A stretch of 64,000 nt of DNA from Thermoanaerobaculia bacterium (GTDB lineage Bacteria > Acidobacteriota > Thermoanaerobaculia > Gp7-AA8). The position numbers and the translations under genes are program-made. Positions within the stretch are counted from its first letter, which is position 1. Every line of letters starts with the position of its first letter. Where the stretch lies: NCBI GenBank assembly GCA_036399695.1, contig DASWMP010000345.1, positions 1,478-65,477 of the forward strand, in the 5' to 3' direction. Shown here in pieces: positions 1-10,217 of the stretch. The notes beneath the pieces are model-generated. The model saw nothing but the letters and a program-made list of their open reading frames with translations, was not told the DNA's origin and did no database searches.

Positions 1-312
1 TCTGGTCCCGCTCTACGACCATCTGCTTCGCACGGCGATCCATGTGGTCAAGTTCTCCGACATCGCCACCTTCCCGGTCGTTCACCCGATCAGCCAGCGA
101 ACCAGCAGATCGGTGGCGACTTCTCGATCCGCATCTACGGTACCCGCGTACGCCATTACCTCGGACCCGCCTCGATCAAGATGTACGACAAGCACGGCTT
201 CATTCTTCGCGTCGAGACCACGACCAACGACCGCCGCTCTCGCTCACTAAACGCAGAAATCCTTGCTTTTCTGCAATCAATCCGACGGCGTACGGACTAC
301 CCTGCGCGCTAA
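1..312 (+). CDS. Partial ORF running in from the left edge; possible C-terminal fragment of a transposase, with a likely frame disruption near position 100
   Basis: Frame 1 is open from nt 1 to a TAA at 310-312. It translates to '...GDFSIRIYGTRVRHYLGPASIKMYDKHGFILRVETTTNDRRSRS...', which resembles a conserved C-terminal 'MYDKxGxxLRxETTxN' block I associate with DDE transposases (identification weak). Upstream, protein-like sequence continues in frame 2 instead. No start codon lies within the window. Confidence 0.3.
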   Translation, partial: SGPALRPSASHGDPCGQVLRHRHLPGRSPDQPANQQIGGDFSIRIYGTRVRHYLGPASIKMYDKHGFILRVETTTNDRRSRSLNAEILAFLQSIRRRTDYPAR

Positions 313-514
313 TTGCGGATTGCCGTGCGGTTCCAGCGCAGCAGCGGCCGGTCGCAGCGCAACGCGTGTGTGGTCCAGCACCGCTCGTGCGGCGCCGGCT
401 CGGCGACGGTGGTTCGAATGAGAGGTCCCTCACGACGAGATTCGTCCGTGAATGCGACGTTTCTGGTCATCTATTCACTACCGTACTGAAAGGGGGGCGA
501 AAGCGCCGACAGCG

Positions 515-600
515 GGAGTATGCCGGATTCACGGTCGATCGGGCGATGACGATTGCGGTGGGGCCGGAGCCGCCTGAGGCCGAAGCTCTCCGCTTCCGCG
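515..600 (+). pseudogene. Short remnant of a beta-helix protein paralog
   Basis: Translation 'EYAGFTVDRAMTIAVGPEPPEAEALRF' parallels 'GYAGFTVDRGMTITAAPGAVVTVGPEPG' of the intact gene at 4569-5477. The surrounding ORF has no credible start or N-terminus. Confidence 0.3.
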
Positions 601-603
601 ATG

Positions 604-642
604 GGAGTGCGGCAGATGATGAGGCGTCGCTGCCGCACTCCA
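604..642. repeat. REP-like hairpin of family A (GGAGTGCGGCAG / CTGCCGCACTCC)
   Basis: Inverted repeat ggagtgcggcag ... ctgccgcactcc with a 15-nt loop. The same motif recurs at 5575, 10585, 19756, 27287 and 59363. Confidence 0.6.
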
Positions 643-666
643 ACTTCGCGAACGGTGATTGCGCGA

Positions 667-1518
667 TCAGTCGTTGATGATGACGACGTTGGGGGCGTAC
701 GGGCCGACGAGCTGGCAGTCGCGGGCGGTGATCTTGGAGTTGTAGTCCGGGATGGCCAGCGACATGGTGCCCTGCACGAGGCAGTTGTACAGCGTGAGGA
801 ACGAGCCGCCGTTCGAGGCCGCGCCCCAGGTCGTGCCGGCGTTTTCGGCGATGATCTTCGTGTCGGTGACGTCGACGTAGCTGTTGGCGAAGCCGACCAG
901 GCCGATGGGCTGGGTGCCGCCGTTGGCGACGACGCTGCTGTAGGCGAGGTTGACCTGCGAGCCGCCGCCGGTGGAGCTGTAGTCGATCGAGACCGTGACG
1001 ATGTTCGTGCCGTCGTCACCGGTGGCCTGAAGGGCGCAGTTCTCGATGTCGAAGTTCTGTGCGGCGTCGCAGTTCACGGCCACGGCCGAGTCGCCAAAGG
1101 TCTGACCGGTGGAGATGATGGTCATGTTCTGCACCGCGGCGTTGCTGCAGCCGCGCACCGTACCCTTGTCCCACTGCTGCGGTCCGGCCGGCGCGGTGAC
1201 GGTGGTTTGATCCGTACCGGCTCCGGCGATGAAGACCCACGGTTTGCAGACGACGACCTCGTTGTAGGTGCCGGGGCCGACCTGGACGACGTACTGCTTG
1301 CTCTGTTTGGCGTCGGTGATGCTGGCCAGCGCCTCGCCGATGGTGGCGAACGTCTTGCCGCCCGGGGAGACCTGCACGCTGTTGGCGGCGAGCGACGCGG
1401 CCGCCGCCGCCGCGGCCACGGCACGCTGCACGTCGGCGACGAACTCAGGAATCTCTTTCGCCGCAAGCTCCGGCTGCGCCACAAGCGTCCCCGTGGCCTT
1501 GATGCTGGGATCAAACAT
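667..1518 (-). CDS. Right-handed beta-helix (pectin lyase-fold) protein, pectinesterase-like
   Basis: Start 'MFDPSIK' preceded by GAGAGGAG. PME-like N-terminal pattern 'GKTFATIGEALASI...YVVQVGPGTYNEVVV...IAGAGTDQTTV' (GxYxE). Repetitive G/N/T/V beta-helix rungs. Confidence 0.5.
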   Translation of the reverse strand: MFDPSIKATGTLVAQPELAAKEIPEFVADVQRAVAAAAAAASLAANSVQVSPGGKTFATIGEALASITDAKQSKQYVVQVGPGTYNEVVVCKPWVFIAGAGTDQTTVTAPAGPQQWDKGTVRGCSNAAVQNMTIISTGQTFGDSAVAVNCDAAQNFDIENCALQATGDDGTNIVTVSIDYSSTGGGSQVNLAYSSVVANGGTQPIGLVGFANSYVDVTDTKIIAENAGTTWGAASNGGSFLTLYNCLVQGTMSLAIPDYNSKITARDCQLVGPYAPNVVIIND

Positions 1519-1627
1519 TCGTTTCTCCTCTCGATGCTGGGAATCTGACGGGCGCAGGATAGCTGACGCGGCCATGCGCGAGAGCACGGATGCGTGAAGG
1601 CCGCGGACCGGCGACAGAGGTCGACCG

Positions 1628-2980
1628 TCAGTTCGCGCGCCGCGCTGTCCCCGCGCGTGGTGCAACGTCACCACGACTGCCGGCGACGGTCACGCGCGCG
1701 AGCAGCCACTCGAGCTGCATCCGCAGCGCCTGCGGCGAGTACCTGGCCCAGAGCCAGTAGAAGCTGTCGCCCTGCAGCGTGCGCACGCCATCGGGCAGCG
1801 AGAGGCCATGTCCTGCACCGGGGATGACCGCAATCTTGAAGTCCTTGTTCCCCGCCTCGGCCAGGTAGCGCTCCATCCTGGCCACGTTCTCCTCGGGCGG
1901 CGTGACGTAATCATCCCCGCCGTAGAGCGCTAGAAACGGCGTGCGGATCTTCTTCAGGTCGGGCGCCGGATCGTACTGATTGAGGCGCACCCAGAGGATG
2001 TCCTCGTACTGCTCGTTCTCCGGCAGGTCGACGAAGCTCGCCCATCTCGACGCCTTCGCACGCGCAACCGAGGCGCGCAACTCATCCCATCCGTGGCCGG
2101 TGTAGGCGAAGCGGGTGACGAGCGTCATGTGCGCGGCCGCCGCGGCGATCTCCTCGGCAGTGAACCGCAGCTCCGACCGCCGCATCCTCGTCGTGGCCAC
2201 GTGGATCTGCTGGTCCATCACGCTCTCGGCCGGACCGACGGTGGTGATGATGAACGCGAGCGGGACTTTCGTGCGAGTGGCGACGATGGCCGCCACCCAG
2301 CCGCCCGCGCTGTTGCCGCGGAGGCCGATCTGCGCGCGATCGATGTCTTTGCGCGCGGCGAGATGGTCGAGCATCGCCAGGACGTCCGCGGCGTGGTCGT
2401 GCAGACTCGCGGCATCGTGATCGCCGCCCGATTCACCGGCGCCACGCTTGTCGTAGATCAGGCTGGCCACGCCACGCTCGGCGAAGATGCGCGCGAGGCC
2501 GCGCAGCCCGGCACGCGTCGACTTGCCGCGCCCGTGGATCCAGACGACCACCGGATGCGGGCCCGGATTGGCCGGCGTGACGAGCGTCGCCGCGATCGTA
2601 CCGACGCGGACCTCCTCCCACTTCAGCGGAACCACGACCGGCGCGAGCGCCCGCTTGAGGTGCACGCGCGTCGGCGGCGTCCCTTTGCCGGAGGTACCGA
2701 CGAGCTCACCGGCGACGACGTCATGCATCAGCGACGTCGCGCCGTCGAAGTCGAAGGTGACGGTGGCGCCGTTCTGCGTCACCGCGACGACGCGCTCGTT
2801 GTTCAGCCAGTCGGCGTTCTGTACGCGCGCCTTCAGCGCGTCGCCGTCGCGAAAGAACTCGAATCGCACGAGCCGCACCGACGCATCGCGCACCAGGGCC
2901 CCTTCCCACCACCCCTCGACCGGCTCCTGCGCCGTGGCGGTCGTCGACAGGAACAGGAGGAGCAGCAGCAGGCGTCTCAC
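1628..2980 (-). CDS. Secreted alpha/beta-hydrolase (S9 peptidase / dienelactone-hydrolase-like)
   Basis: GTG start giving signal peptide '(M)RRLLLLLLFLSTTATAQEP'. Nucleophile elbow 'GNSAGG' and 'VVWIHGRG'. C-terminal 'GAGHGL'. Confidence 0.55.
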   Translation of the reverse strand: MRRLLLLLLFLSTTATAQEPVEGWWEGALVRDASVRLVRFEFFRDGDALKARVQNADWLNNERVVAVTQNGATVTFDFDGATSLMHDVVAGELVGTSGKGTPPTRVHLKRALAPVVVPLKWEEVRVGTIAATLVTPANPGPHPVVVWIHGRGKSTRAGLRGLARIFAERGVASLIYDKRGAGESGGDHDAASLHDHAADVLAMLDHLAARKDIDRAQIGLRGNSAGGWVAAIVATRTKVPLAFIITTVGPAESVMDQQIHVATTRMRRSELRFTAEEIAAAAAHMTLVTRFAYTGHGWDELRASVARAKASRWASFVDLPENEQYEDILWVRLNQYDPAPDLKKIRTPFLALYGGDDYVTPPEENVARMERYLAEAGNKDFKIAVIPGAGHGLSLPDGVRTLQGDSFYWLWARYSPQALRMQLEWLLARVTVAGSRGDVAPRAGTARRAN

Positions 2981-3181
2981 GAGGAGCCATGCTACCGCTT
3001 CGCGCGCAGGACGCCACCGCCGAGCGGCACCAGCTCGTCCGCGCCGGCGGTCGATTGAGGCCGTGATCGGGAATGAACCCGGGTATGGAAATCGGAATAT
3101 CACCCTCCCGCCAGATCGAAATGGGCGGCCCCCGAAATCCCTTTTCATTGGTGGCGTCCAATACAAATAACGAGGTCCGGC

Positions 3182-4408
3182 ATGACGAAGAACGAGGTCG
3201 TACGAAGAGGCGCAGCCCTGACGTTCGCCGCAGTGTTTCTGACCGCCGGTGCCCTCTTTACGGGCGGCGATGATCCTCGGGCGACCGAGCCGGATGCCGC
3301 GGTACCGTCAATGGTTGCGGCCGCCACGGCAACGACGGCTTCGGCGCCGAACGCGCCCGCCACGACAGTCGCGCCTGCCGACGAGGCGGCCGCCACCGTA
3401 GCGCTCGTGAAGATCGACAATGCCGAGCGCGCCAGGCTGGCCAATGAGATGGCCCGCTGGCAGACCCGTCATCCGCGGCAGCTCGTTGAAGTGATCGCCG
3501 ATCTCGCGGAGAAACAGCCGCTTCCGCTGCCGCCGACGTTCCTCCTCTCCATCGCCTGGTCGGAAACGCGCGGAAAAGTGCTCGCCATCTCGCCTGCCGG
3601 AGCGGCGGGACTGGCGCAGGCGACGCCGTCAGCCTATTTGTCGGAGGGGCTGGACGGGAAGGTCTTCGTGACCACCGACTATCTGACGGGCACGCGCGCT
3701 TTCATCATGAAGAAACCGCTCGGCGACGCACTGACGATTGCCGCGCCGCTCCTCAAGAAGAACACGCCGGCGAACCGTCAGCGCGCGGCGAAGCTCGTCG
3801 CGGAGGCCGTGAAGCTGCGCCGGGAAGGCATGGACGAGCTCGAAGCGCTGCGCCCGGTGGCGAACGAGACGTTCTTCCGCAAGATCGCTGAAGGCGACGC
3901 GCACAACCTGGCCACGCTCCAGGAGCTCGATCAACTGATCGAGCGCGGTGCGCCGCCCGCGGAAATGGCAGCGTTCCATAAGCGCGTCCAGCGTGATTAC
4001 ACCTACCTGCGCAACCTGCAGCGAAACGGCTGGGCCAAGTACGCAAAGGCCCTCGCCACGAAGCGCGACACGCTCCTCCGCGCCCACTTCGGCCAGAGCC
4101 CCGCCGTCGTGATCGCCAATCGCCCCTACGAAGCCGGCGAATACCTCGGCCGCACCCTCGACGCCCGCTTCTCCCCCATAGAAATGGCAGAGTTCCTGGC
4201 CGCCCACCTGACCACGAAACAGCAGCAGGCCCGCGACCTCGGCATCTCCGAGGAGCACCTCCCCGCCTGGACCGCCGCGCTGTACAACGGCGGCGCCGTG
4301 AACGTGAAACGGATGCAGGCGGGCCTGATCGGCTCGCTGCGGGAGACGGATAAGTACATGAAGGCGGTCCCGGCACGCACGGCGCGGTTGGAGCGGGTGC
4401 TGGGGTAA
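3182..4408 (+). CDS. Membrane-anchored lytic transglycosylase (SLT domain) protein
   Basis: N-terminal TM helix. SLT signature 'LLSIAWSETRG...AGAAGLAQATPSAY'. RBS ACGAGGT. Confidence 0.55.
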   Translation: MTKNEVVRRGAALTFAAVFLTAGALFTGGDDPRATEPDAAVPSMVAAATATTASAPNAPATTVAPADEAAATVALVKIDNAERARLANEMARWQTRHPRQLVEVIADLAEKQPLPLPPTFLLSIAWSETRGKVLAISPAGAAGLAQATPSAYLSEGLDGKVFVTTDYLTGTRAFIMKKPLGDALTIAAPLLKKNTPANRQRAAKLVAEAVKLRREGMDELEALRPVANETFFRKIAEGDAHNLATLQELDQLIERGAPPAEMAAFHKRVQRDYTYLRNLQRNGWAKYAKALATKRDTLLRAHFGQSPAVVIANRPYEAGEYLGRTLDARFSPIEMAEFLAAHLTTKQQQARDLGISEEHLPAWTAALYNGGAVNVKRMQAGLIGSLRETDKYMKAVPARTARLERVLG

Positions 4409-4568
4409 AGGGCATCGCGGAACGCCTGCTGGCCGAGCAGCGCCCTCCCGGTCACGAGCCGCAGCAGTGGCGTAATGAGAGGTACGTCACGGCGCGATTT
4501 CGTCGGCGGCTGCAACGTTTCTGTTCATCCACTCACTACATACGGAATCGATCGAGAGGAGAGAACAG

Positions 4569-5477
4569 ATGATGAAACGGGTTCTGGTATTCGTGTGTCT
4601 CGTGTCCATGGCTGCCGTCGCCGCGCAGGCGGGGTTGAACAGGACGGCCGTGTCGCTCGGGGGGAGCGACCTCAATCCCTGCAGTCTGCAGCAGCCGTGT
4701 GCCACGTTTGCCAAGGCCATCTCGGAGACGAATCCGCTCGGGGAGCTGATCGCGCTGGACAGCGGGGGGTATGCCGGGTTTACGGTCGATCGGGGGATGA
4801 CGATCACGGCCGCGCCGGGGGCGGTGGTAACGGTCGGGCCGGAGCCGGGGGTCACGAACTGGGCGATCAAGGTGAACGCGCCGGGCAAGCGGGTCTCGAT
4901 CCGGGGGCTGATGGTCGTGACGGCCGGGTCGTACATCGGGATCGTCGCTCACGACGCGGATACGACGTACATCGACGACGTGGTGATCGAAGGCAGCGGC
5001 TGCGACAACGGCTGCGCGGCCGGGATCTTCGGCCGCAAGGGAGAGGTCTTCGTGAACAACGCCCGCATCCGCAACACGTACACCGGTATCGATCACAACC
5101 CGATGACCGCGAGCACGATGACGATCACGAATTCGAACATCGACCGGGTGGTCTCGAATGGTGTCCTCATCCAGAACTACGGGAAAGGCATCGTTCGGAA
5201 CACGGTCGTCTCGCACGCCGATCGCGCCTTCTCCGTGGCTGCGCTGGCGAAAGACGGCCGCCCGGAACTGACGCTCGTCGACTGCATGGCCACCACGAGC
5301 AATATCGGCGTGAGCATCGGGAACGCCGGCAACTTCTACATGGAGCGCACGGCCGTCACGCGGAACACGATCGGCCTGAACAACGTCGGCGGGTTGGTCG
5401 TGACGCATACGAACAGCATGGTGTCGGGCAATGGGACGAACACCGTCGGGGCGATGACGGCGAATAGTCTGTTGTAA
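4569..5477 (+). CDS. Secreted parallel beta-helix repeat protein
   Basis: Strong RBS GAGAGGAGAGAAC. Signal peptide 'MMKRVLVFVCLVSMAAVAAQA'. Repetitive N/G/T/V-rich beta-helix rungs. Paralogous to the remnant at 515-600. Confidence 0.6.
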   Translation: MMKRVLVFVCLVSMAAVAAQAGLNRTAVSLGGSDLNPCSLQQPCATFAKAISETNPLGELIALDSGGYAGFTVDRGMTITAAPGAVVTVGPEPGVTNWAIKVNAPGKRVSIRGLMVVTAGSYIGIVAHDADTTYIDDVVIEGSGCDNGCAAGIFGRKGEVFVNNARIRNTYTGIDHNPMTASTMTITNSNIDRVVSNGVLIQNYGKGIVRNTVVSHADRAFSVAALAKDGRPELTLVDCMATTSNIGVSIGNAGNFYMERTAVTRNTIGLNNVGGLVVTHTNSMVSGNGTNTVGAMTANSLL

Positions 5478-5574
5478 GCGTGGCGCCCGGGTGGGGGCGA
5501 GTCGGTGACATTCGACCGGCCCCACCCGGTATTCAGTGCAGCTATGCATCTGGGATTGCCGTCCACGTGGAGCA

Positions 5575-5606
5575 GAGCGGTGGCTGGGCGCCACCCCACT
5601 CCGAGA
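5575..5606. repeat. Degenerate REP-like hairpin of family A
   Basis: gagcggtggc tgggc gccaccccactccgag; shares the GCGGTGGC/GCCACCGC/CACTCCGAG core. Confidence 0.4.
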
Positions 5607-5782
5607 CGCTCGATCAGGTTCCAGGAGCACGCGTTGTTGCGTTCACACGCGCTGGAACGGAAACTGTGGCGGCCACGACCGCTCCCGCTCCGCCTGACCG
5701 CGAACACCATTCAAGGATGGCGACCGGGCAGGCCGGGAAACTCCGGAGACGCGGATCTCCTGTGGCAAGGAGAGAGAGAGAC

Positions 5783-6172
5783 ATGGCTTGTAACCCACTG
5801 ATCATCTGGAGACCCATTCCCCCGGGCTCGCGCTTCACACCGTCGACGGACGGCGACGCGAGCGCCTACAACGTGACGGTGTTCATCACGCGCAACGGGC
5901 AGGCGGAACTGCCGTTGCGGCACGGCCAAGTCGCCAGCGAGCAGGCAGAGGTGACGATCGCGGCGGGGGAGGAGTACGTGTTCGACGTCGTGCTGACGTT
6001 GAACCAGGTGCCGGCACAGGGCATCACGCTCGACCTGCGCGTCGTCGGCAATGACAAGCAGCCGGTGAGCGTGGCCGACGGCGCCGGAGGGCAGCGGCCG
6101 GCGAGCTGCTCTTCGTCCTTCAACGATCCGGCGGACTCGCCGATCCTCATCAAAGTGATCGCCCTGGCGTGA
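5783..6172 (+). CDS. Hypothetical small protein (129 aa)
   Basis: RBS GGAGAGAGAGAGAC before the ATG. High GC3 codon usage. Lies immediately upstream of a secreted-protein gene. Confidence 0.45.
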   Translation: MACNPLIIWRPIPPGSRFTPSTDGDASAYNVTVFITRNGQAELPLRHGQVASEQAEVTIAAGEEYVFDVVLTLNQVPAQGITLDLRVVGNDKQPVSVADGAGGQRPASCSSSFNDPADSPILIKVIALA

Positions 6173-6180
6173 GGATGACG

Positions 6181-7572
6181 ATGAAGACCGCCAGTGCACT
6201 GCTCCTCACGCTTCTCACCGCAATGCTGTTCGCCGCTCCGCTGCAGGCGCAAACGACGCCCCTCTGCGACGAGTCCGACACGCCGCTGAGCTGCTGGCTG
6301 AAGTACAACCCCGCGCCCAGGGAGGCAGCCACGCAGGTAGCCGCCGTCACGCAGCAAAGGGTCGCGGCGGCGAACACCGGTGCGCCGGGTGTCCTCTCCC
6401 CCGCGAGCTCCGCGGTGAAGGACTTCCTCTCGCTCCTCAGCGCGTCGCTGGAGTCGTCGACGACTTCGTCGAACGGCCAGGTGCTCACCTTCGATTACAA
6501 CCCCGATGTCGAAATCCTCGGCACGCCCGACGCCCTGAAGCTGCAGGTCTCCTTCGCCAAACCGGAGCTCAACGCCAAGTACACGGCCGCCCTGGCGACC
6601 AACGCCGCGGCGCTGCAGAGCGCGAACGACGACCTGACGAACACGGACGACATCACCTTCGTCGGCAGCTTTCAGCCCACGAGCCGTCTGTTCGGCCGCA
6701 GCATCGAGCCGCACCGCCCGCTGTTCGAAGCGATGCTCATCTCGCAGGTGCCGACGACGGACCTCGCCGCGCGCAACGCCGCCCTGGTCGAGGCCGTCAA
6801 GGCCGGCGGCATCATGTCGGAGACGCAGACCTTCGGGTCCATCCCGGTGGCCACCCGCGCGCCGACGATCGTCGCCTTCGAGAACGCCGCCCGCCAGCAG
6901 GCCGCGATGCGGAAGCCGCTGAAGGCATTCAGCGACGTCTTCGCCAGGCTGCTGAACAACCAGCCGCAGCTCTACGCCTCCGGCATCTACGAGGCACGTA
7001 AGAACATCGCCGGCCCGAATACGTTCAGCGGCAAAGTGACGTACGAGATGGGAGCGAAGAACCTCAACGGCTTCCGCCGTAAGTTCGGCACGACGTGCAA
7101 CGAGACGACCATCGCCGACAGCGCCACCGCCGACAGATGCGCCACCCTGCTCGCCACCTATGCCGGCGCCGCCAGCTCCGTGGACGACCGCCTGGTCTTT
7201 TCGCTCCAGTACGACCGCTCCGACCAGCGCTGGATCTCCGACCCGGCGCTCGGCCTGGACTTCGGCTATCCCCGCACCACGAGCCTCGTCTACGAGGTGA
7301 AGTACGGCCGCACGATGAACGGCGCCATCACCGGCACGACGAACGGCCGCCTCGACGCCACGGTCAAGTACGAGGACGTGATGGACGACGGCGACCCGGC
7401 CAACGACATCTCCTCCCGCACCACCGGCTCGCTGACCTACACGCTCAAAATCAACGACACCGTCAACCTCCCTCTGTCCCTGGTCTACGCCAGCGACCCG
7501 GCCGACCTGACCGACACGAACCGCAAACTGAACGCCCACTTCGGCCTGGTCCTCAAGCTGCCGACGAAGTGA
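6181..7572 (+). CDS. Secreted hypothetical protein (about 464 aa)
   Basis: RBS GAGGA before the ATG. Signal peptide 'MKTASALLLTLLTAMLFAAPLQAQ'. Alternative in-frame starts at 6169 and 6175. Confidence 0.5.
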   Translation: MKTASALLLTLLTAMLFAAPLQAQTTPLCDESDTPLSCWLKYNPAPREAATQVAAVTQQRVAAANTGAPGVLSPASSAVKDFLSLLSASLESSTTSSNGQVLTFDYNPDVEILGTPDALKLQVSFAKPELNAKYTAALATNAAALQSANDDLTNTDDITFVGSFQPTSRLFGRSIEPHRPLFEAMLISQVPTTDLAARNAALVEAVKAGGIMSETQTFGSIPVATRAPTIVAFENAARQQAAMRKPLKAFSDVFARLLNNQPQLYASGIYEARKNIAGPNTFSGKVTYEMGAKNLNGFRRKFGTTCNETTIADSATADRCATLLATYAGAASSVDDRLVFSLQYDRSDQRWISDPALGLDFGYPRTTSLVYEVKYGRTMNGAITGTTNGRLDATVKYEDVMDDGDPANDISSRTTGSLTYTLKINDTVNLPLSLVYASDPADLTDTNRKLNAHFGLVLKLPTK

Positions 7573-7629
7573 CGGTCCTTCGAGTTGCCTTCTCCGCGAA
7601 GCGCGGGGAAGGCAACGGCGGCACGTGCG

Positions 7630-8061
7630 CTACTGCCCCGCTTCGCGCTCCTTCGCCAGCTCGTAATTGCGGCGCCACTGTTCCGCGCGATCCGGCGGCA
7701 GATTCGCGGCGCGGATCGTGATCGGCAGGCGCACACGCCCGCGCAGGATCGTGAGCCGCAGGACGTCACCCGGCTTACGTGTGGCGAAGAACTGCAGGGC
7801 CGCTTTGTCCGTGACGAAGGAGAGAGGGCGGTCGTTGAGGCCGACGACGACATCCTGCACCCGCAAGCCCGCTTTCGCTGCCGGTCCGCCGGTTTCGACA
7901 CGGTGAATGTAGAGCCACTGGCTGACCGCCGCTTTCGGCTCGACGTGCCGGTTGAATCCGAAGCCGTACCAGCCGGGCGGCTGAGGCGTCGCCGCGGCCA
8001 TCGAGCTGGCCGTGCTCAGAGCGAGAGCTGCGACACAGATCAATCGTCGGAGATCCGTCAT
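7630..8061 (-). CDS. Secreted PDZ-domain protein
   Basis: Signal peptide 'LICVAALALSTASSMAA'. PDZ-like 'VETGGPAAKAGLRVQDVVVGLNDRPL...GDVLRLTILRG'. Confidence 0.55.
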   Translation of the reverse strand: MTDLRRLICVAALALSTASSMAAATPQPPGWYGFGFNRHVEPKAAVSQWLYIHRVETGGPAAKAGLRVQDVVVGLNDRPLSFVTDKAALQFFATRKPGDVLRLTILRGRVRLPITIRAANLPPDRAEQWRRNYELAKEREAGQ

Positions 8062-8068
8062 GTCATCC

Positions 8069-10201
8069 TCATTTCGCCGAAGGCCAGAGAGAGCTGCCGT
8101 CGATACGTACGATGCCCCCCGGCGTCACGCGTGCCGTAATGCATCGGTTGCCGGGAGCCGGTCCGGCGCACACCTGGTACTCGCCGGGCTCCAGCGCTAA
8201 GCGGAAGGCCCCGTCGCGGAACTCGCGCGCGGGTCCGGGCTGCGATGCGGGCGAGAAGAGAAAGGGAAGGGGCAGCGCCATGTCACCTCGGCGAACAAAG
8301 GGCCACGGAGGTGCGCCCGCCAGGACGATGGCCAGCTCGCCGGCGCTGGGATCGATGCGGATCTCCGCCGGATCGTCGTGCAGCGAGATCCGCTCCAGCT
8401 TCAGCGGCAGCCCAGGCGCGACGATCGCGACGTCGAGCGTGCTGCTGCCGGCCGGTACTTCGGCCATGAACGAGCCGCTCGGTCCCGTGACGTACTCGCG
8501 CAGCCGCCCCTGAGCGAACGCGCGGATCATCGCACCGACGACAGGCAGGCCGTCAGTGCGCCGTACGAGCACGCGTACGGTCGACGGCGGCCGGACCGTC
8601 AGCGTCGTCTCCGTTGCTCCGGACTCCCTGACGGTTACGGCCACACGCTCGCTTTCAGCGCGAGCCGTTCGGGCGCGCACGCTCATCTCGCCCGGGCGGA
8701 GGCCGTACAGGGTGAACGAGCCGTCGTCCGCCGAAGCAGCATTCGCCTCGAATTCCGTACCGCGCAGCACGACCACGTCAGCCCCGGCAATGGCCGACCC
8801 GAATTCATCGACAACCTTTCCTTCGATCCGTCCGCCCGGAAGCACGACGTCAACCGTTGCGACCTCTTCGCCTTCCCGGCGGTGGACGTCGGCGTGCGTC
8901 CGTACCTGCTGCAAGCCGCTCTTGGGCGTCACGCGCACGCGCCACTGCCCCTCCTCCGGAACGGCACCGGCGAACTCTCCCTGCGCGTTCGAATGCAGGA
9001 CGATGCTGCGGCCGCGCGAGTCGAAGTTGAGCCGTCCCTCGACCGGCTGCGTTCCGACGAGCACGGTGCCTCGAACCGGCACCTCGCCGACCGCGATCGT
9101 AACGTGCTCGAGGTCCGTCCGGATGTCGACCTCACGCGCGGCGACGACGGAGCCCGACGCGACGACCGCCAGCCGATAACGGCCACGTTCGAGACCCTTG
9201 GCCGACCATTCGCCCGTCGCCGTTGCTGCACCTGACGTCACACGTTCCCGTCCGGTTCCTCGCGTCGTGAATCGGTCGAGCTCCACCCGCCACCTCTGCT
9301 CGGGGGCAGGCGTCGCCGGTGTCAGCCGCGTCTCCAGCACCGCCAGCGGCATGAGCAGCAACGGATCTTCGAGCACCGTCTCTTGTGCTTCGCGTACGCG
9401 CAGCTCCTCCAGCCGCGCGGGCGACGCATCCTTTGCGTGCGCGGCCAGAGTGAACACACCCGCCGGAACGCCGACGATCTGGAAGAACCCGCGTGCCGTC
9501 GCCCGCGCGCTCAGGACCCGCGTCTGCAGCCGCCGGCGTGTCGCCTCGTCGCCCCCATGGACGGATGGACTCAGCTCGACGGCGATCGGCTCCGCGGAAG
9601 GAGTGTTGCGCGAGACCCATCCGGCCACGGAGCCCCCCTGCTCGAACAGTATCGCGCCGAGGGAACGTGCCCCTTCCGGGGTGACGTCCCAGAGATACAC
9701 AGGAGCGAATCCGGAAGCGACCAGCCGCACATCGAGGGACGTTGCGGGCACGGCGCACGTCCATGTGTTGCCGTCGACCGTGCAGGAAGTCTCGGTTGTG
9801 TCGACAGCGGCGCTCCCCGGCGGCGACTGGATGACGGCGCGCAACGCCGCCGGCGGCCGAATGCCCGGCCGCGTCTTTAGCTCCCCCCGAAGCACTGCCT
9901 TCGGCCAGACGCGCAAAACGGCCGTCGTGTCATCGGCAACCGCATCGACGACGAGCGGCGCCGCCCAGCAGTCCGGAGAGTCGAGCGTAACGCGCCAGTC
10001 GGCGCCGGCGGCCAGCGCCAGCTTCGCGCCGCGCTCCAGTACCTGTGCAGTGCGCGCCGCTTCGCCGTCTGCTCCGATCGTTTCGGCTCGCAGCACGCCA
10101 GTACAGCGGCTGGCCGCGTCGTTCACCGGTGCCACGACGACGTGACCTTCAGCCGGCGCACCGGCCACCATCAGCACCGCGAGAATCGGTAGAAGGCTCA
10201 T
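8069..10201 (-). CDS. Large secreted protein with multiple carboxypeptidase-regulatory-like (prealbumin-fold) domains
   Basis: Start chosen at 'MSLLPILAVLMVAGAPAEG' (signal peptide); the longer N-terminal extension of the ORF is not signal-like. Repeated 'GRIEGKVVDEFGSAIAGADVVVL...DGSFTLYGLRPG' CarboxypepD_reg-type motifs. Confidence 0.6.
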   Translation of the reverse strand: MSLLPILAVLMVAGAPAEGHVVVAPVNDAASRCTGVLRAETIGADGEAARTAQVLERGAKLALAAGADWRVTLDSPDCWAAPLVVDAVADDTTAVLRVWPKAVLRGELKTRPGIRPPAALRAVIQSPPGSAAVDTTETSCTVDGNTWTCAVPATSLDVRLVASGFAPVYLWDVTPEGARSLGAILFEQGGSVAGWVSRNTPSAEPIAVELSPSVHGGDEATRRRLQTRVLSARATARGFFQIVGVPAGVFTLAAHAKDASPARLEELRVREAQETVLEDPLLLMPLAVLETRLTPATPAPEQRWRVELDRFTTRGTGRERVTSGAATATGEWSAKGLERGRYRLAVVASGSVVAAREVDIRTDLEHVTIAVGEVPVRGTVLVGTQPVEGRLNFDSRGRSIVLHSNAQGEFAGAVPEEGQWRVRVTPKSGLQQVRTHADVHRREGEEVATVDVVLPGGRIEGKVVDEFGSAIAGADVVVLRGTEFEANAASADDGSFTLYGLRPGEMSVRARTARAESERVAVTVRESGATETTLTVRPPSTVRVLVRRTDGLPVVGAMIRAFAQGRLREYVTGPSGSFMAEVPAGSSTLDVAIVAPGLPLKLERISLHDDPAEIRIDPSAGELAIVLAGAPPWPFVRRGDMALPLPFLFSPASQPGPAREFRDGAFRLALEPGEYQVCAGPAPGNRCITARVTPGGIVRIDGSSLWPSAK

Positions 10202-10217
10202 GTGGGGCGCGGGCGCC

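Noticed and set aside
395-430. tRNA-like T-loop motif GGTTCGAATG
   Set aside because: The flanking sequence cannot form a T-stem or acceptor stem, and no cloverleaf is possible.
5866-7539. 557-aa ORF on the - strand
   Set aside because: It is antisense to the signal-peptide gene at 6181-7572 and has a low-complexity, V/G/A/R-rich translation.
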